Shown: in pieces, positions 40,590-52,516 of the stretch
Layout of the letters: every line of letters begins with the position of its first letter
Position numbering within the stretch: position 1 is the first letter of the stretch
From: Marsupella aquatica
Taxonomy: Eukaryota > Plantae > Marchantiophyta
Assembly: GCA_973895155.1 (NCBI GenBank)
Contig: OZ316896.1
Span: 11,026,795-11,090,794 of the forward strand
Length of the DNA stretch: 64,000 nt
Reading direction: 5' to 3'
The notes under the pieces: generated by a model
Told to the model about the DNA's origin: nothing
The model's database searches: none
Seen by the model: the letters and a program-made list of their open reading frames with translations, nothing else
Made by a program: the position numbers and the translations under genes

Positions 40590-43500
40590 GCATCCCGGGC
40601 TCAAGCAAGGTAATGCCAACAACTATGCATCAAGAACTCAAGAAGATGGGTTGAGTCGCGGAACTCGACTACCTTATCACTTAACTCCGGCGTCGCTGAC
40701 TCCGACGCCGAGCTCCCTTATGGTCCAGGCCCAGGCCATCCGGGGAGGACTTAGCATGGGGAGACTTGTGAGCGACGAGGCATGGCGCTAGTGAAGGCAA
40801 GGAGCCAAGCTGGTGACACACACTAAGGACGTAGGCTAGCTGAGAGCTGGTTGGGTCAAGGGAAAATGGGCCGGGCTCAAGGACGACCGTTCGGACCTTC
40901 GGATGGACTTTGAGTTTTGAGGGCTTGGGTGTGAGCTCCTCTTGGGCCCAAGGCCCATGGAGTTGACGCCATGGGCAACGGACTCTTGGGGCGCAAGTTA
41001 TGGCCCGATCCGGGTTGGGCCGATCGGGGGCCCTGAGGGCCTAGGCATGAGCATTGGGTCGGCTCGATCACAACGGGCTAAGGCACTTTGCTTGCGGATG
41101 CCTAACGAGAAAGTTATGGGCGTTGCCAGTTGGTGGCGCGCCCATTATGCGCGATAGGATCCGGGTTGGGGGCCAAATGTTTAGGGACCAAAATTGGTCC
41201 GGGGGTGACAGGTCTCTAGAAGCATATATGAGGGGAGTGGTGTCTCCTTGGGGGCTAAGGGCGAGCCGAAGTCGTGAGCCGCGGTGGTCGCGACACTAAG
41301 GGAAACCGCCAAACAGAAACGACGATATCTTCCTAACGAGAAGTCCGTTGGAGGATTTCTTGGGTGCGTTGGAAAGCTCTCTAAGCTCAGCTAGGTCTGG
41401 GGCACCTTGGGTTCTCGGGGTTTGCGGGTGTTAACTCGTGCGCTTGCCAAATCCTGCCGAACAGCAGCCAAGCCGCGTTTAGTTTCCCAAGGGAGCTTGC
41501 GTTGGGGAGGCAAGGCCAAGTAGGTATGGAGGTTGAGTTCCAAGTGTGCTAGGTCCCTAGATCATCAGTGTGGCGAGTCGGGAGTTGGTTGCTAGAGGTG
41601 GGGTCATTCTAGTCCCGACGTGTTGGGACAAGCTTGGGACAAGCTACGCTATTTGGGCCATGAGCATGTCCTGGGGTCAGGGCGGTCAGTTGGTGATGGA
41701 TAGGTACGAGGGGGAACCCAGGCCGCGCCCAAGGAAGGAGCTGTTCCGGACAAACAGTGGGCGTGGGTTCTGGTTCCAGCTTATGGCATCGGGAGGACTT
41801 ATCGCTGACCTATTTACCAACGTCTGTTGAGCTTGAGTTAGGATGCTAGACTTGGCAAGTTCTAGATCCTGAAGGGTTACTTACCGAGGTGCTTGGTTGC
41901 TTGTGCAGACAGTGAGGACCGTTGAGTAGCGATCGTGTAAGAGAGCAAGTGCGGCTTCGTATGGGTGGGGTCACTGGCGGTGCAAGGGGCACTAGGGTGC
42001 TTGCTCGAGGTATTTTGTGGAGGCGTTCGGGCATCAAGGGCACTTAGGCGTGAGTGATGGGATTGGTGAGGGCGCTGGGTGGCAAGGTCCACCACTGGTT
42101 GTCACCACTTAAGGATTTTATTCCCTCATACTTTTCAACTTTATACAAAGAATTTTATTTCAATAATCTAAAATCTCAATCATTTAGACAAGGAAGGGAT
42201 AAGAATTCATTTGCATTTGCAAGCTCCACACAAAAACACACGAAAGCTTTACTTTGCAAAGGTGATTCCAATGCTACAACACATGCCATAGACACTTTAT
42301 CTCTTCACACTTGAAAATGACACAAATTCTACTTCATATAGGCTAGTAGGAATCCAAGGAAACTAAGATATTGAAAGAACATGTCCTTTCATATTTGAAG
42401 GGTGATAAAACTTAAAGACGGTCATCCTTGAAAAGTGAAAAAATTAAAAAATGCTGAAAAGGGACATTTGTGAAAGCAACAGAAGTGCAATGGATGCTTC
42501 ACAAAGTGTCAATAATTGATAGACGCTTCTCAAAGCGTCGATGTTTGCGATAAAACTAATAAATAGTGACTTTGTCTGAATTTTATTTATAAACTAAAAG
42601 TAACCTAGGTAAACCCTAAACTCTTCTAGGGTATTTTAATAGATATAATCTCTATGCTGGCAAAGTTTAAACCACGCTTCGGGGTATGTAAAGGAGCCTG
42701 GTACTGTACGGCCATAAATGTTGGGCAGGGCTCAGGGAAGTCTAATATCGGGCCGGAGGGATGGCTCAAACTTCCAAAATTCACTAAATGTTTTTGTAAA
42801 AATATTTACTCAATTTCAAAACCGAAAACACCCAACTGTAGATCTCTTCGAGATCTTTCTTTTGCACCCTAGATCGCCTTAAAACTCATCCATAAATCTC
42901 CTTGAGGTCATTCTTTTGAGCCATAGATTGACCAATATGATGAACATATGAGATTTGTGGAGGCAAAACAATCAGACGGCTTAGATTATCTTTCCCCCAA
43001 AATTCAAATTTTGAATCCAGCCAATCAGAGCGCACCATTTGTTTTTCCATCATTTCTCTTGAAATAATAAACCATTTTGTGTGAGATTTTTTGGAGACGT
43101 AGATCTCAATGAGACCTACGATTTGAGCCATAGATCGCATCCTATGGTTGAGGGTAGGCGCAGCTATGAGTGTCGATCGGACAGTGGAGGGGAGGCGCTG
43201 TTGTGTAGCCCGTCTTTGTGCTGGATGGATACAAATTCGTATGGGAACTCCGCGTTACACGGAGCCCCTTATACCCGGATTCGTGGTTTAAGACTGTTCT
43301 GAGATATCTAAGTGTCTCAATTCAATCGACAGAAGTGTCACAAAGTTACAAAAAGTGGAAAATCAAATATTTTTTTAAGTGTCGGAACTTAGTGGACGCT
43401 TTCCAAAGTGTTTGAAATACGAGGGACACTTTTGAAAGTGTTGGGAATTTTGATTTCTTCTGCGGTAGCATTTGTCTTTGGACTTTTTGAGGGGACGCTT

Positions 43501-43667
43501 CTCAAAGCGTAAGGTACTATTGGACGCTTCTGAAAGCATCTAATAAATTTGGGTAACTTGGGTATTCACAAGGGACGCTTTTGAAAGTGTCGGTAAAGTC
43601 AAGTCTATGTTAAACACAACAAAATTAAATTCCTTGGAAATGTTTTTTCTTAATTTATTAGTGACCA
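40590..43667. mobile_element. LTR-like non-coding TE-derived DNA (one or two LTR remnants)
   Basis: No credible ORF. Segment 42100-43667 is bounded by TGTCAC...GTGACCA and has a minus-strand TATA-like motif near 42340. The GC-rich 40.6-42.1 kb segment has a similar TE-leader character. No TSD found, so the boundaries are tentative. Confidence 0.3.
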
Positions 43668-43854
43668 CGAAAACCCCGTGGCAAGGAAAACAGGAAAGTG
43701 ACCCGCAACACACAATCAACCACCCCGCCTGAAGAGCGGAAACAACAACATGCGATGAAAGCCCAGAGACCAAGCGGTCCACCACGAAAACAGTGATCCA
43801 CGCCAGGTGAAAGCAGAGCTCAAGTACTGCATTCCCCATTGGCCAGCATATTTC

Positions 43855-46800
43855 CTATCTAGATGTAATCCAAGTCTGCCGGCTATTCAGCCACACTAAT
43901 CTTTCCTGGATAAGGATCTCCTTCACTCGTAACAGTCGTGTGTGTCGTCTACTCGGGGGTAAACACAGGCCCACCGCCGATGCATGGTCAACAGCCTCTG
44001 AGAGGGTAAAGCGAAGATCAAATGTCCTAAAGCCATTGGCCTGAAACATGTGTACATTCCTACTCTGCCATAAAGACCAAAGGATCTGATAGAGAATAAA
44101 TAGTTTGGCTACTGTGTTAGGGTCCTTCGCTGCCGTGAGAATCAGTAGATCTAGTAGTCTATCCGAGTAATCTGTAAAGGTCCCTGAAAAACAAGTGGCA
44201 GTAAGTGACCAACATCTCTTGGCATGAGCGCACTGTGCAAAAAGATGGGGGATAGTTTTTATTTCTCCACTACACAGTTTACAGTGCCCTTCTCCTTTAT
44301 CAATGCGTCTTGCTCGAACACCGGTAAAGAGACCTGAAGCCAATATTCTCCAAAGAAAAGTCTTAGCACGGGAGGAAAGGTCAGAGCGCCACAGTCCACT
44401 CCACCCAGCATTCCAGCATTCCATTCACCTTCCATTTTCAAGCTACCCCAAGTATGATTCAGGCTGTCGTAGTCTCTGATGGGGGGGTGAATCAACATGT
44501 ATGCCCTTAGATTGGATGTCCTAAAAGTATTGATAGGATCAGGTCTGTCAGCCCATCTCCAGCATCGGGAACCAGTAACATAGTTCATCCTGCAACCATC
44601 TATAGCACTGACCTTCTGTAAGAACTCCCTGCAGCAAGTTTTCTCAAGCAGAGTAAAGCCTCGAAGGTGTTCTAGTTGCTCATTCAGATTACGCCACTCA
44701 TTCCGTTCAGCAGACCATAAATCCTGAATGCCTCTAATGCCCATTCGGCCACACAGCACAGTGACCACAGCAAAATTTGTGTTGGGCCAAGATTGGAAAC
44801 CAATGAGACAGCGTATAGTGTCCATGATATTCCACCTACCAGGTATCATAACAGTGGGTGCAAATATCAGGTGGGAACGAAGTTGTACCCACGCCTTCCA
44901 CAGTCCTCCAGTATATGCCAGTCCATTGAAGGACCGAGGGCTGCATAACAACATCTTATCCTGAAAGGAGTACTTGTTCCGGCGTATCCACTTATAATTC
45001 ATCCAGCTCACTATTTTGAGATCTTCTGCAAAGAGAGAGGCCCATTCTGTCTCCGGGCAATCAAGAGCTCCAGTGAACCATTTGGCTAACAGAGCGTCGG
45101 AGTGGCTGTGGAAGTCTTTCAGCCCGAGTCCCCCCTCCATCCTAGGTCTGGCCATTCTGGCCCAAGAAACAAGAGGGATCCTCTTGCCCCCCTCCAAGTT
45201 GTATCCCCATAAAAAGTCCCGGCACAACGCAATCATTTTCTTTGCAAGTCCCTCAGACGCTCTTAGGAACATGGAGTGGTAAATAGGAATAGCCTGTAAA
45301 ATGTGTCTCACCAGAAGTGCCCGCCCTGAAAAGGACAAAAGTTTATTTGCCCAGGAGAATAAGCGCATGCCAATTTTATCTAGAACAAATCTGTGCAGTT
45401 GCTCCATCTTCAAGTCTACCCCCAGGGGAGCACCCAGGTACTTCTATAGCTCTCCTTTGTGACTAATCATGCAACCTGTATTTGACAGCCACCTTGGTAT
45501 AGTATCCAGTGACAGTGGGATGACAATGGATTTCCGCAGGTTGAGTTTTGCTCCCGTTGCTGTTTCATAGCAATGCAAAACAGTTGTGGCCATTGTAAAG
45601 CTCCTCAAAGTGGCAGGGATAAACATCCCCATGTCATCCGCAAATAACCTATAGCATATTGTTAGCTCCTCCGTGATTTTGATCCCCAGCTCAGGGGTCT
45701 CACTATATGGGGGCCTCCCCATCACCTGCGACATTTTTAGGCCTCGGACCCCCTAAAATGTAAGAAATTTTATTTTTTTTTAACCCCTATAAAGTTGAAT
45801 TGGATTAAAATGGCCCTAATGTTCTTATAAGTATCAAAATTGAATTTAAAAGACCCTATTGTTCTTCTACAAAAATTCTTAAGTCTTCCCTTACAACCAA
45901 TAAAATGACCCTATCCTTCGTCGCACATGATATGCCATTTTTGTGGAAGTGAAACCCCCGAGATCCCCAGTAATCTTCCCGCCTCAAGCTCAGCATCCAT
46001 GAGATCCATGAGTGGTTGTGGAGATAACGAACAGTAAGGGTGAAAGCGGGCAGCCCTGTCTAACGCCCCGCTCCATGCCCACCGGTTCTAACAGCAAACC
46101 GTTAACCTGTATTCGTGAAGATGAGTCCCTTAGTAATTCCTGTACCAACCTGATAAAGTTGCTGCCAATCCCTAGCAGATGCATTGATTCCCAAATGTAC
46201 TCATGATCTACTCTATCAAAGGCCTTTTCAAAGTCCAACTTAAGAAACAGGGATTCCACTTTCCTGTTCTTAACCCAATCACATGTTAGCCAGGCAAGCG
46301 AAATGTTCTCCAAAATATTCCTGCCCGGGATGAACCCTGTCTGCTGTACGTTGATGAGCTTAACTAGAACCAGCTTCAATCTATTGGCCAAGATCTTAGC
46401 AATAAGCTTGTAAATCGTGTTCAACATAGTCAGGGGTCTCCAGTCCTTCAAGAAACGTTTATCCGGCTTCTTCGGAATAAATTTAATAATCCCATCTTTC
46501 ACTCCTGCAGCCAGTTCACCTGTCAGCCAGAAAACATGTATCATTGCCACAATGTCCACTCCCATAAACTCCCAACAAGCCCGATAAACCTCAGCAGTCA
46601 TACCATCCGGGCCTGGGGCCTTATCCGACGGCAGTAGCCAGAGAGTTCGCTTGATTTCCTCGCTAGTGGGCAATGCTTCCATCCTATTCAAATCTGATAT
46701 GGTTACTGTATGTCTAGTGTGAGCTAGGAGGGTGCTCCTTGCTCTCAGCCGCTCTCGGTGCTCCCCGGTTGTAAGAGGAGGGGGGGCATACAGTTCTTTA

Positions 46801-48057
46801 CAGTGTCGTATCACTTCCTGAAGAATAGCCATCGGCTTAGTAATAGTACCTCCTCCCTCCGTTGACAGAGTCCTCATGGCCTCCCTGCTTCTCTTAGCTT
46901 TCACTGTAGCGAAATAAAAATGGGTGGGCTCATCCCCTTCACCCAGCCATTTGATCCTGGCATGACATCTACTTATATGTGCTTCTTCTAATTCAGCAAC
47001 ATGCAAAAGATTTCTGCTTCGACATACGTTCTCAGATCATCCTCCGAATGGGCATCCAGTAAAGCCTCCTTGCATTCCCGTAGCTTATTTCGCAGCACCC
47101 TCATCCCTTCCGCCCGTTCTTTTGGGGAGCTCTGTTTCTACTACTAGCTCGATCATCCTACTACTAGCTCGATCAAACGCCAGCAACGGCTCGATGCATC
47201 CTCCCTTTCCAGCGTTCCATGCGCCCTCTAGAGCAATCCAATTTTCCTGGTATCTGACCACTGTAGGATCGGCCTTGAACAAAACTGCCCCCCTAAGGGG
47301 GGGGAGTGTTGTTCGTCCGCTCTCCCAGTCCAATTATTATCACCACTGGGTCGTGATCCGAAAGCGTAGATCCCCCATCATGAATCAATTCCGTGAGTTC
47401 TTCTATCCATTCTCCTTTTCCATTGAAATAAAATCTATCCAGTCTTGACTGCACTATTCCCGTATTCCTGAACCTGCGCCAGGTGAAATGTGCGCCCATG
47501 GCTTCTCCTTTAATCCTTATAGCATCGACCAAGTCCAATCTGACTCTCAAGAAGCGCCATAACTCTGCTTCCCGTCCCTTAATCAGAGGAGAAATTCCCG
47601 TAGAATCTTCTCGAAGTTCCGTCATGTTGAAATCACCCCCTAGAATCCAGTCTCCCTGGGGGAGGAGTTGCTTCAGCTCATGCCATAGGCCCGCCCTGTG
47701 GCGAGGGGAATTAGGTGCGTAAATGCTTACAATGCCAAAAGTGATGTCGTCAACCTCAATCTGTGCCCACACAGCTCTACCCAAATCAACAACTCCCCGT
47801 GCTACAATCCTAAGGTCCGGATGCAACAGCAGGGCAGAGCCTCCCCTGCCCTCATCCGGGGTAGATGTTAAGTGCTGGTATAGTGGTAGTATTGCTCTTA
47901 GAGCGATATCAAGCCGGAATTGGTCGGCCTTGATTTCTTGTAGCGCCAGGATATCAATCTTCTCTCTGCGGGCTTCAATCCAATTTTTAACGATGTTTTT
48001 TTGATTTGGCTCGCATAAGCCACAAACATTCCATGTTACAATGCGTACAGTTCTCAT
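43855..48057 (-). pseudogene. LINE ORF2 (APE endonuclease - reverse transcriptase - zf-RVT), frameshifted and interrupted by a MITE
   Basis: APE motifs IVTWNVCGL, LQEIK, SIYAPN, GGDFN, SRLDRFY and SDHDPV. RT motifs KAPGPDG, WRPLTMLN, LDFEKAFD, GVRQGCPLSPLLF, LFADD and YLG. C-terminal CKLC...HLFAQC. Confidence 0.92.
45690..45962. mobile_element. 273-bp MITE, hAT-type, inserted in the LINE RT
   Basis: TIRs CTCAGGGGTCTCACT and AGTGAAACCCCCGAG match at 13/15 positions. Perfect 8-bp TSD ATCCCCAG at 45682-45689 and 45963-45970. AT-rich non-coding interior. Confidence 0.85.
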
Positions 48058-48101
48058 CGTGTTGTGTGAACTGCAACCAAGGAGCCAATGATCCTATTTT
48101 C

Positions 48102-49913
48102 CTAGATACGTGCCCGTCCACCTGGAGAGAAATTGTGTCCCTCCCGAAAAGCCTGTTCGCCCTTCCTACGCCGGGGTGTGTCCCCCGTCGCATCCTCCAT
48201 CCAAGTATCATTCACCTCCATTATTGGAAGAGCCACCTCTGACCTGGTATTCCTTCTCATTTCCTTCTCTCGCTCCTCCCTGCTTCCCCTCCCGTCCCGG
48301 CCCTCTACATCACCTGCGGTGGACACAAATGCAGGTGAGAACTGGATAGAACGTTGCTTCTTAGAATCTTGCTTACTCCTATCTCTCTTGGCAGGAGGTG
48401 GCATTCTGCTCTCAAGTTTTTGGGCTCTTTCTTTTCCAGTGCCAGAAACATACTCCTCGTACTCAGACATGTCCAAGTCGGCATCCGAGTCTCCATGATA
48501 TGAAAAGGTCCCTGGATCCACATTGCTAGCTGAGGGATTCATTTTCTCCAATGTTGTCTCAGCCGGGTTAGCGGTTTCAACAGGAGCAAAGCTGATCGCC
48601 TCAGCGTCCAAGATATTAGTCGCAATCGGCGTAGTCAAAAGTGGCAAGTCCTCCAGGCCCACGGGGGGGAGCACTGGTGCTTCCACCGAGGCGCCTCTGT
48701 TACCAACCAGTTCCCTATGAGGAACAGTGACCAATGTCACTGCATTACCTACATCATCTTGGCTGTGTTCCAGTATCCATTCCACAGTTGTGATGTCCGC
48801 GGCAACCGAAGGCCCCGCTGTGGGGGGCTCCATATTGCCGCGACCTCTTGCACGCAAATTCATAGCTAGTTGATTTCGCAGCACCTCAGCAGGATCTCCC
48901 TCTACTTCAGTATCCCTTTCATCCGGTGAGTGTACCGCATCTTCGCTCTCAGTGTTAGCAATCTCTTTCTCACCCAGTTGGTGAGCTTCTCCTTCACAGT
49001 GTGATCAACCTCCGGAGCAGCCGGCTCCTCCAGCCCTTCCCTGCATTCCCGTGCTAAGTGCCCTTTCTTGTTGCATTTAAAGCAATGGAAAGGGATGTTC
49101 TTAAACCGAATTGGCTGCCAGATACTTATATCCTCACGAATCTTCACTCGAGCACTGAAGGGCACTTTGCGCTCCGTGTCCCATAATATGCAGGCTTGAT
49201 CATGCGGAAAGGAGCTATACTCGTCACCCTGTATGTAATGCAGTAGTGTCCCCAGTGATTCAGCTATCTTTATTCTGCATCCCTCCAACACCAAGGCCCT
49301 AAATGGTAACTCGATCCACACTGGAAGTTTGGTATATTTTTCTGTTCTAATATCAAAGGCTGGGTCCCAGGGGAATGTGAACACCAATCTTCGATCCATA
49401 AACCAAGGAGCCACAGACAGAGCTAGATCTCTGTGATCCGCATTTGCAAACACCACTAGGTAGAAATTCTTGCCTATAAATTTCACTTGGAGGATAGGCC
49501 AACTTCTGCCATGTACCATTGTCTCCTCAAAATCCATGCCTGGAAGAGCTGTAGCATCGGGGTCCTATCTGTGAAGTAGCAAATCACTGCACAATTGTAT
49601 AGTTGTCGAACATTACTTGCTGCTTCCTCGAGTGTCCATTCAACTATGGTAAAGAGTTTCTGATTCCAGTCACCCTTAGACCCTTCGCCAATTTCTTTGA
49701 GAATGTTAATGCATTCCTTTGTCACTATTTCTGATTCCAGCCCCGTCCCCGAAGCAGCGTTCTTCCCGGTACTACCATTGTCCTGCTGAATTGGCTCAGC
49801 ATCAGCACGATGTGCCCGCACATCAGGGACCCTGTGTAATTCAAGGGTCGTCGCAGCATCAAATCGGGTACCGATGTTGACCGGCCGCCGATCCTGCATA
49901 TCCTCATTCCCAT
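48102..49913 (-). pseudogene. LINE ORF1 (DUF4283-like domain + CCHC zinc knuckle), frameshifted
   Basis: APWFMDRRLVFTFPWDPAF...LPVWIELP...IAESLG and CFKCNKKGHLAREC in ORF 48902..49537, with flanking ORF pieces in other frames. Confidence 0.85.
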
Positions 49914-50411
49914 TGCCCCCGTCCGCGTGGATTAATTAAATTAATTCTAATTTTTAAACCACAGGTTGGGGCTGAAACTTTCAAGGATAATTCTACTATG
50001 TAATAACTATTTGCTAGTTGAACTCCAGATTTTTTAACTAAAATAACAAGGATCAGCTGATCTTGATAAATGCACACAAAGCTCATTCTTGCTGAAGAAG
50101 TGGTTTGAAATTCGGTTCTTGAATCTTCTAAAGGAATTAATCTACATTGCTTCTCCAATGACATCCATTATTCTTTCTTGGTAGCATGCAAAGAACAAGG
50201 AGTTATATTGTTTATCCTTGTCCAATAAGACAATAGCGTCCAATGAAGCATAGCATTGACTTTGTTGGCTTCCACATAAATATTTATTCTTCTATACTAA
50301 TTTGCTAACTACGTAAAGTGTTTAGTTGATCTAAATTACTACAAAAAGTAACTATACTGCACCTTTGAATAAGAAAAACTTCAAAATTTCCATCATTTCT
50401 AACTAATCTAT

Positions 50412-50940
50412 TGTCGTGACATATAGTATCGTAGCCATAGTGTATCAAAAACATACAAGTCACCGGCAAGGCATTTGTTCAAGCTGCTAGCAACCAACAT
50501 GCATAGAAAAAGTCTAATCACATTCACAAGTGCCAAGAAAAAGCAAATGAATGTATGTAGTGGAGGTGTAAACCTCTGTATATAAAAGGCGTAAGAGAAA
50601 CAATTGTACTAAAATCGAATCGAAAACCAGCAGGATGCCAAGATCGGCCGAGAGCATCTAACGAATCACTGTGTGAATCCCGTGTACGGAACCGATGAGC
50701 ACTGTCTGAGCTCTGTCAACAGCGATTCAAGAAGAACTGAAAAACCCACAAACAAAGACATGCCCTAAATAAACAAAGTCTTGGCGTCACACTAACAAGC
50801 GCATTAGCTTCAAGAACGCCTGGCATTTGCTATAAGAACATGTCGCTAACTCAAGTAGTACACTAGCCCTAACTACATACCTAGCGGACATGCGAGGGAC
50901 ATGCCGATGTGCATAAGAGGCACTGTCCCTCGGCATGACA
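50412..50940 (-). repeat. Gypsy 3' LTR (529 bp)
   Basis: Minus-strand termini TGTCATGCC...GTCACGACA (TG...CA with a short inverted repeat). Confidence 0.75.
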
Positions 50941-50942
50941 GC

Positions 50943-51118
50943 TGTCGTGACATATAGTATTGTAGCCATAGTGTATCAAAAACATACAAGTCACCGGCAA
51001 GGCATTTGTTCAAGCTGCTAGCAACCAACATGCATAGAAAAAGTCCAATCACATTCACAAGTGCCAAGAAAAAGTAAATGAAGTGGTATGTACGTAGTGG
51101 AGGTGTAAACCTCTGTAT
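50943..51118 (-). repeat. Second, partial copy of the LTR (176 bp) between the PPT and the full LTR
   Basis: Near-identical to 50412-50581 and separated from the full LTR by only GC (50941-50942). Confidence 0.9.
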
Positions 51119-51126
51119 CCCCCCCC
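51119..51126 (-). promoter_or_regulatory. Polypurine tract (G8) of the gypsy element
   Basis: C8 run on the + strand, about 30 bp after the pol stop codon and abutting LTR sequence. Confidence 0.7.
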
Positions 51127-51158
51127 AGACCACAGCCAAAAGGAGGGCTGAAGAAAAT

Positions 51159-51320
51159 TCAGGTAGCACGTGGAGCACAGGAAGGGCAAAACCATAACCC
51201 TTTTGGCACCTGGGTAAGTTCAAGCCGAAGGCAAAAAAGATGGTACCCTCCATTGCAATTGTCACACAGCAACATCTGGTCAACATCATCAATTCGCAAA
51301 CACACTTTGCAAGGGTAGTC
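51159..51320 (-). pseudogene. PHD finger at the C-terminus of the gypsy integrase
   Basis: CKVCLRIDDVDQMLLCDNCNGGYHLFCLRLELTQVPKGLWFCPSC is a complete C4HC3 pattern with the conserved W. Confidence 0.92.
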
Positions 51321-51439
51321 CACAGGTGGAATCCAAGTAGAAGTCACAATGGTGGGATCCAGGTTAGGCAGATGACAAGGGGCACAGTTCTTGGCATTGT
51401 CAGCAATTATGCGCCCATCTGCCCCTTGTAACTCTAGCA

Positions 51440-52500
51440 CTCCAGACGGTCAAATAGCTTTAACCCTGAGAATAGTACGACTGGTAGAGGTGTCCAGGGT
51501 GTCGTTAGCTTGCTGCTGCAAGTACACAAAATCTCCCACATCAAACTTCCTGACCTTGGGCTGAAAAGTGCCCCCTCGTGTGTGTGCATAACGCAGTGTG
51601 TCCCTGTGCTGTGCAATGGCCAAATTCTCCATGTCCATGGGCATAACCCTCCTGAATAGGGTAGCCCTTTCAGAGATCACATCAGACCAAGTCACAGTTG
51701 AATCCAAGTCCACCACCTGAAGCATGTGAGCAGCAATAGTAGAAGGTGGAATTGGGTGACGACCAAACAACAAGAAGTAGGGAGAAAAGTTAGATAGTGA
51801 TGCATGTCTGGACATCCTATACCCCATGGCAATGTAGGTAAGGCCAGGTCCCAATCCTCCTTGTTTTTGGTGAGGCAGATCTTTCGGAGGCCCTTCTTGC
51901 ATGTCTGAACCATGCGCTCTGCCAAGCCATCTGCCTGTGGGTGATCTCGTGATGTCCGACGATGATCAATGAGGGCCTGATCAAGCAGCTCCTGGAACTC
52001 TCCTCTAAACTCTGAGCCCTAGTCAGTGAGACATTATGCACAAGCTCCAAAGCGACTGAGAACTTGTTGCAAGAATGCCTGGCTGGTGCTACGGGAGGTC
52101 TTATCTGGCAATGCCACAAGTTCTATCCACTTGGAGAAATGCTCTATCATGATCATGATGTAGAGATTACCCCGAGATATGAGGGGTAATTCTCCAGCCA
52201 AATCACATGACCAGCGATAAAACATGCCCTGAATAGGGAGTGGATGAAGTGTGGGTTGCCGAGATGTGAAAGAAGTCCTCACTCTATCACACTGTTCACA
52301 CCGGGCAATAACATCTCGAACCTGGCCATGCAGGCCTCTCCAATGATAATGAGGGACCAAGAGGCTGTAAGTCCTCTTAACGCCAAAATGACCAAGCTCA
52401 AAATGTACCTTACGAATAAGGCCAACCCTCTCATGAATGGGTGGAACCACCACTTCCCTGTCTGGCATGCAGTGCATGAGATGATCTCCCTTCCACAAGT
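51440..52500 (-). pseudogene. Gypsy integrase (HHCC + DDE), with stops and frameshifts
   Basis: HFELGHFGVKRTY...CEQC, WSCDLAG, TD*G (stop near 52020), DGLAERMVQT, SPYFLLFGR. Confidence 0.9.
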
Positions 52501-52516
52501 AACGCTTGGACCTTTG

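Larger units (their letters stand above)
43668..49930 (-). mobile_element. L1-clade LINE retrotransposon, near full length, decayed
   Basis: ORF1 and ORF2 remnants are in the normal order with several frameshifts. No poly(A) tail is visible at the 3' end. Confidence 0.9.

Noticed and set aside
50412-51118. Split direct repeats suggesting a DIRS/Ngaro element
   Set aside because: The element has a DDE integrase, protease, PPT and TG...CA LTR, and no tyrosine recombinase.
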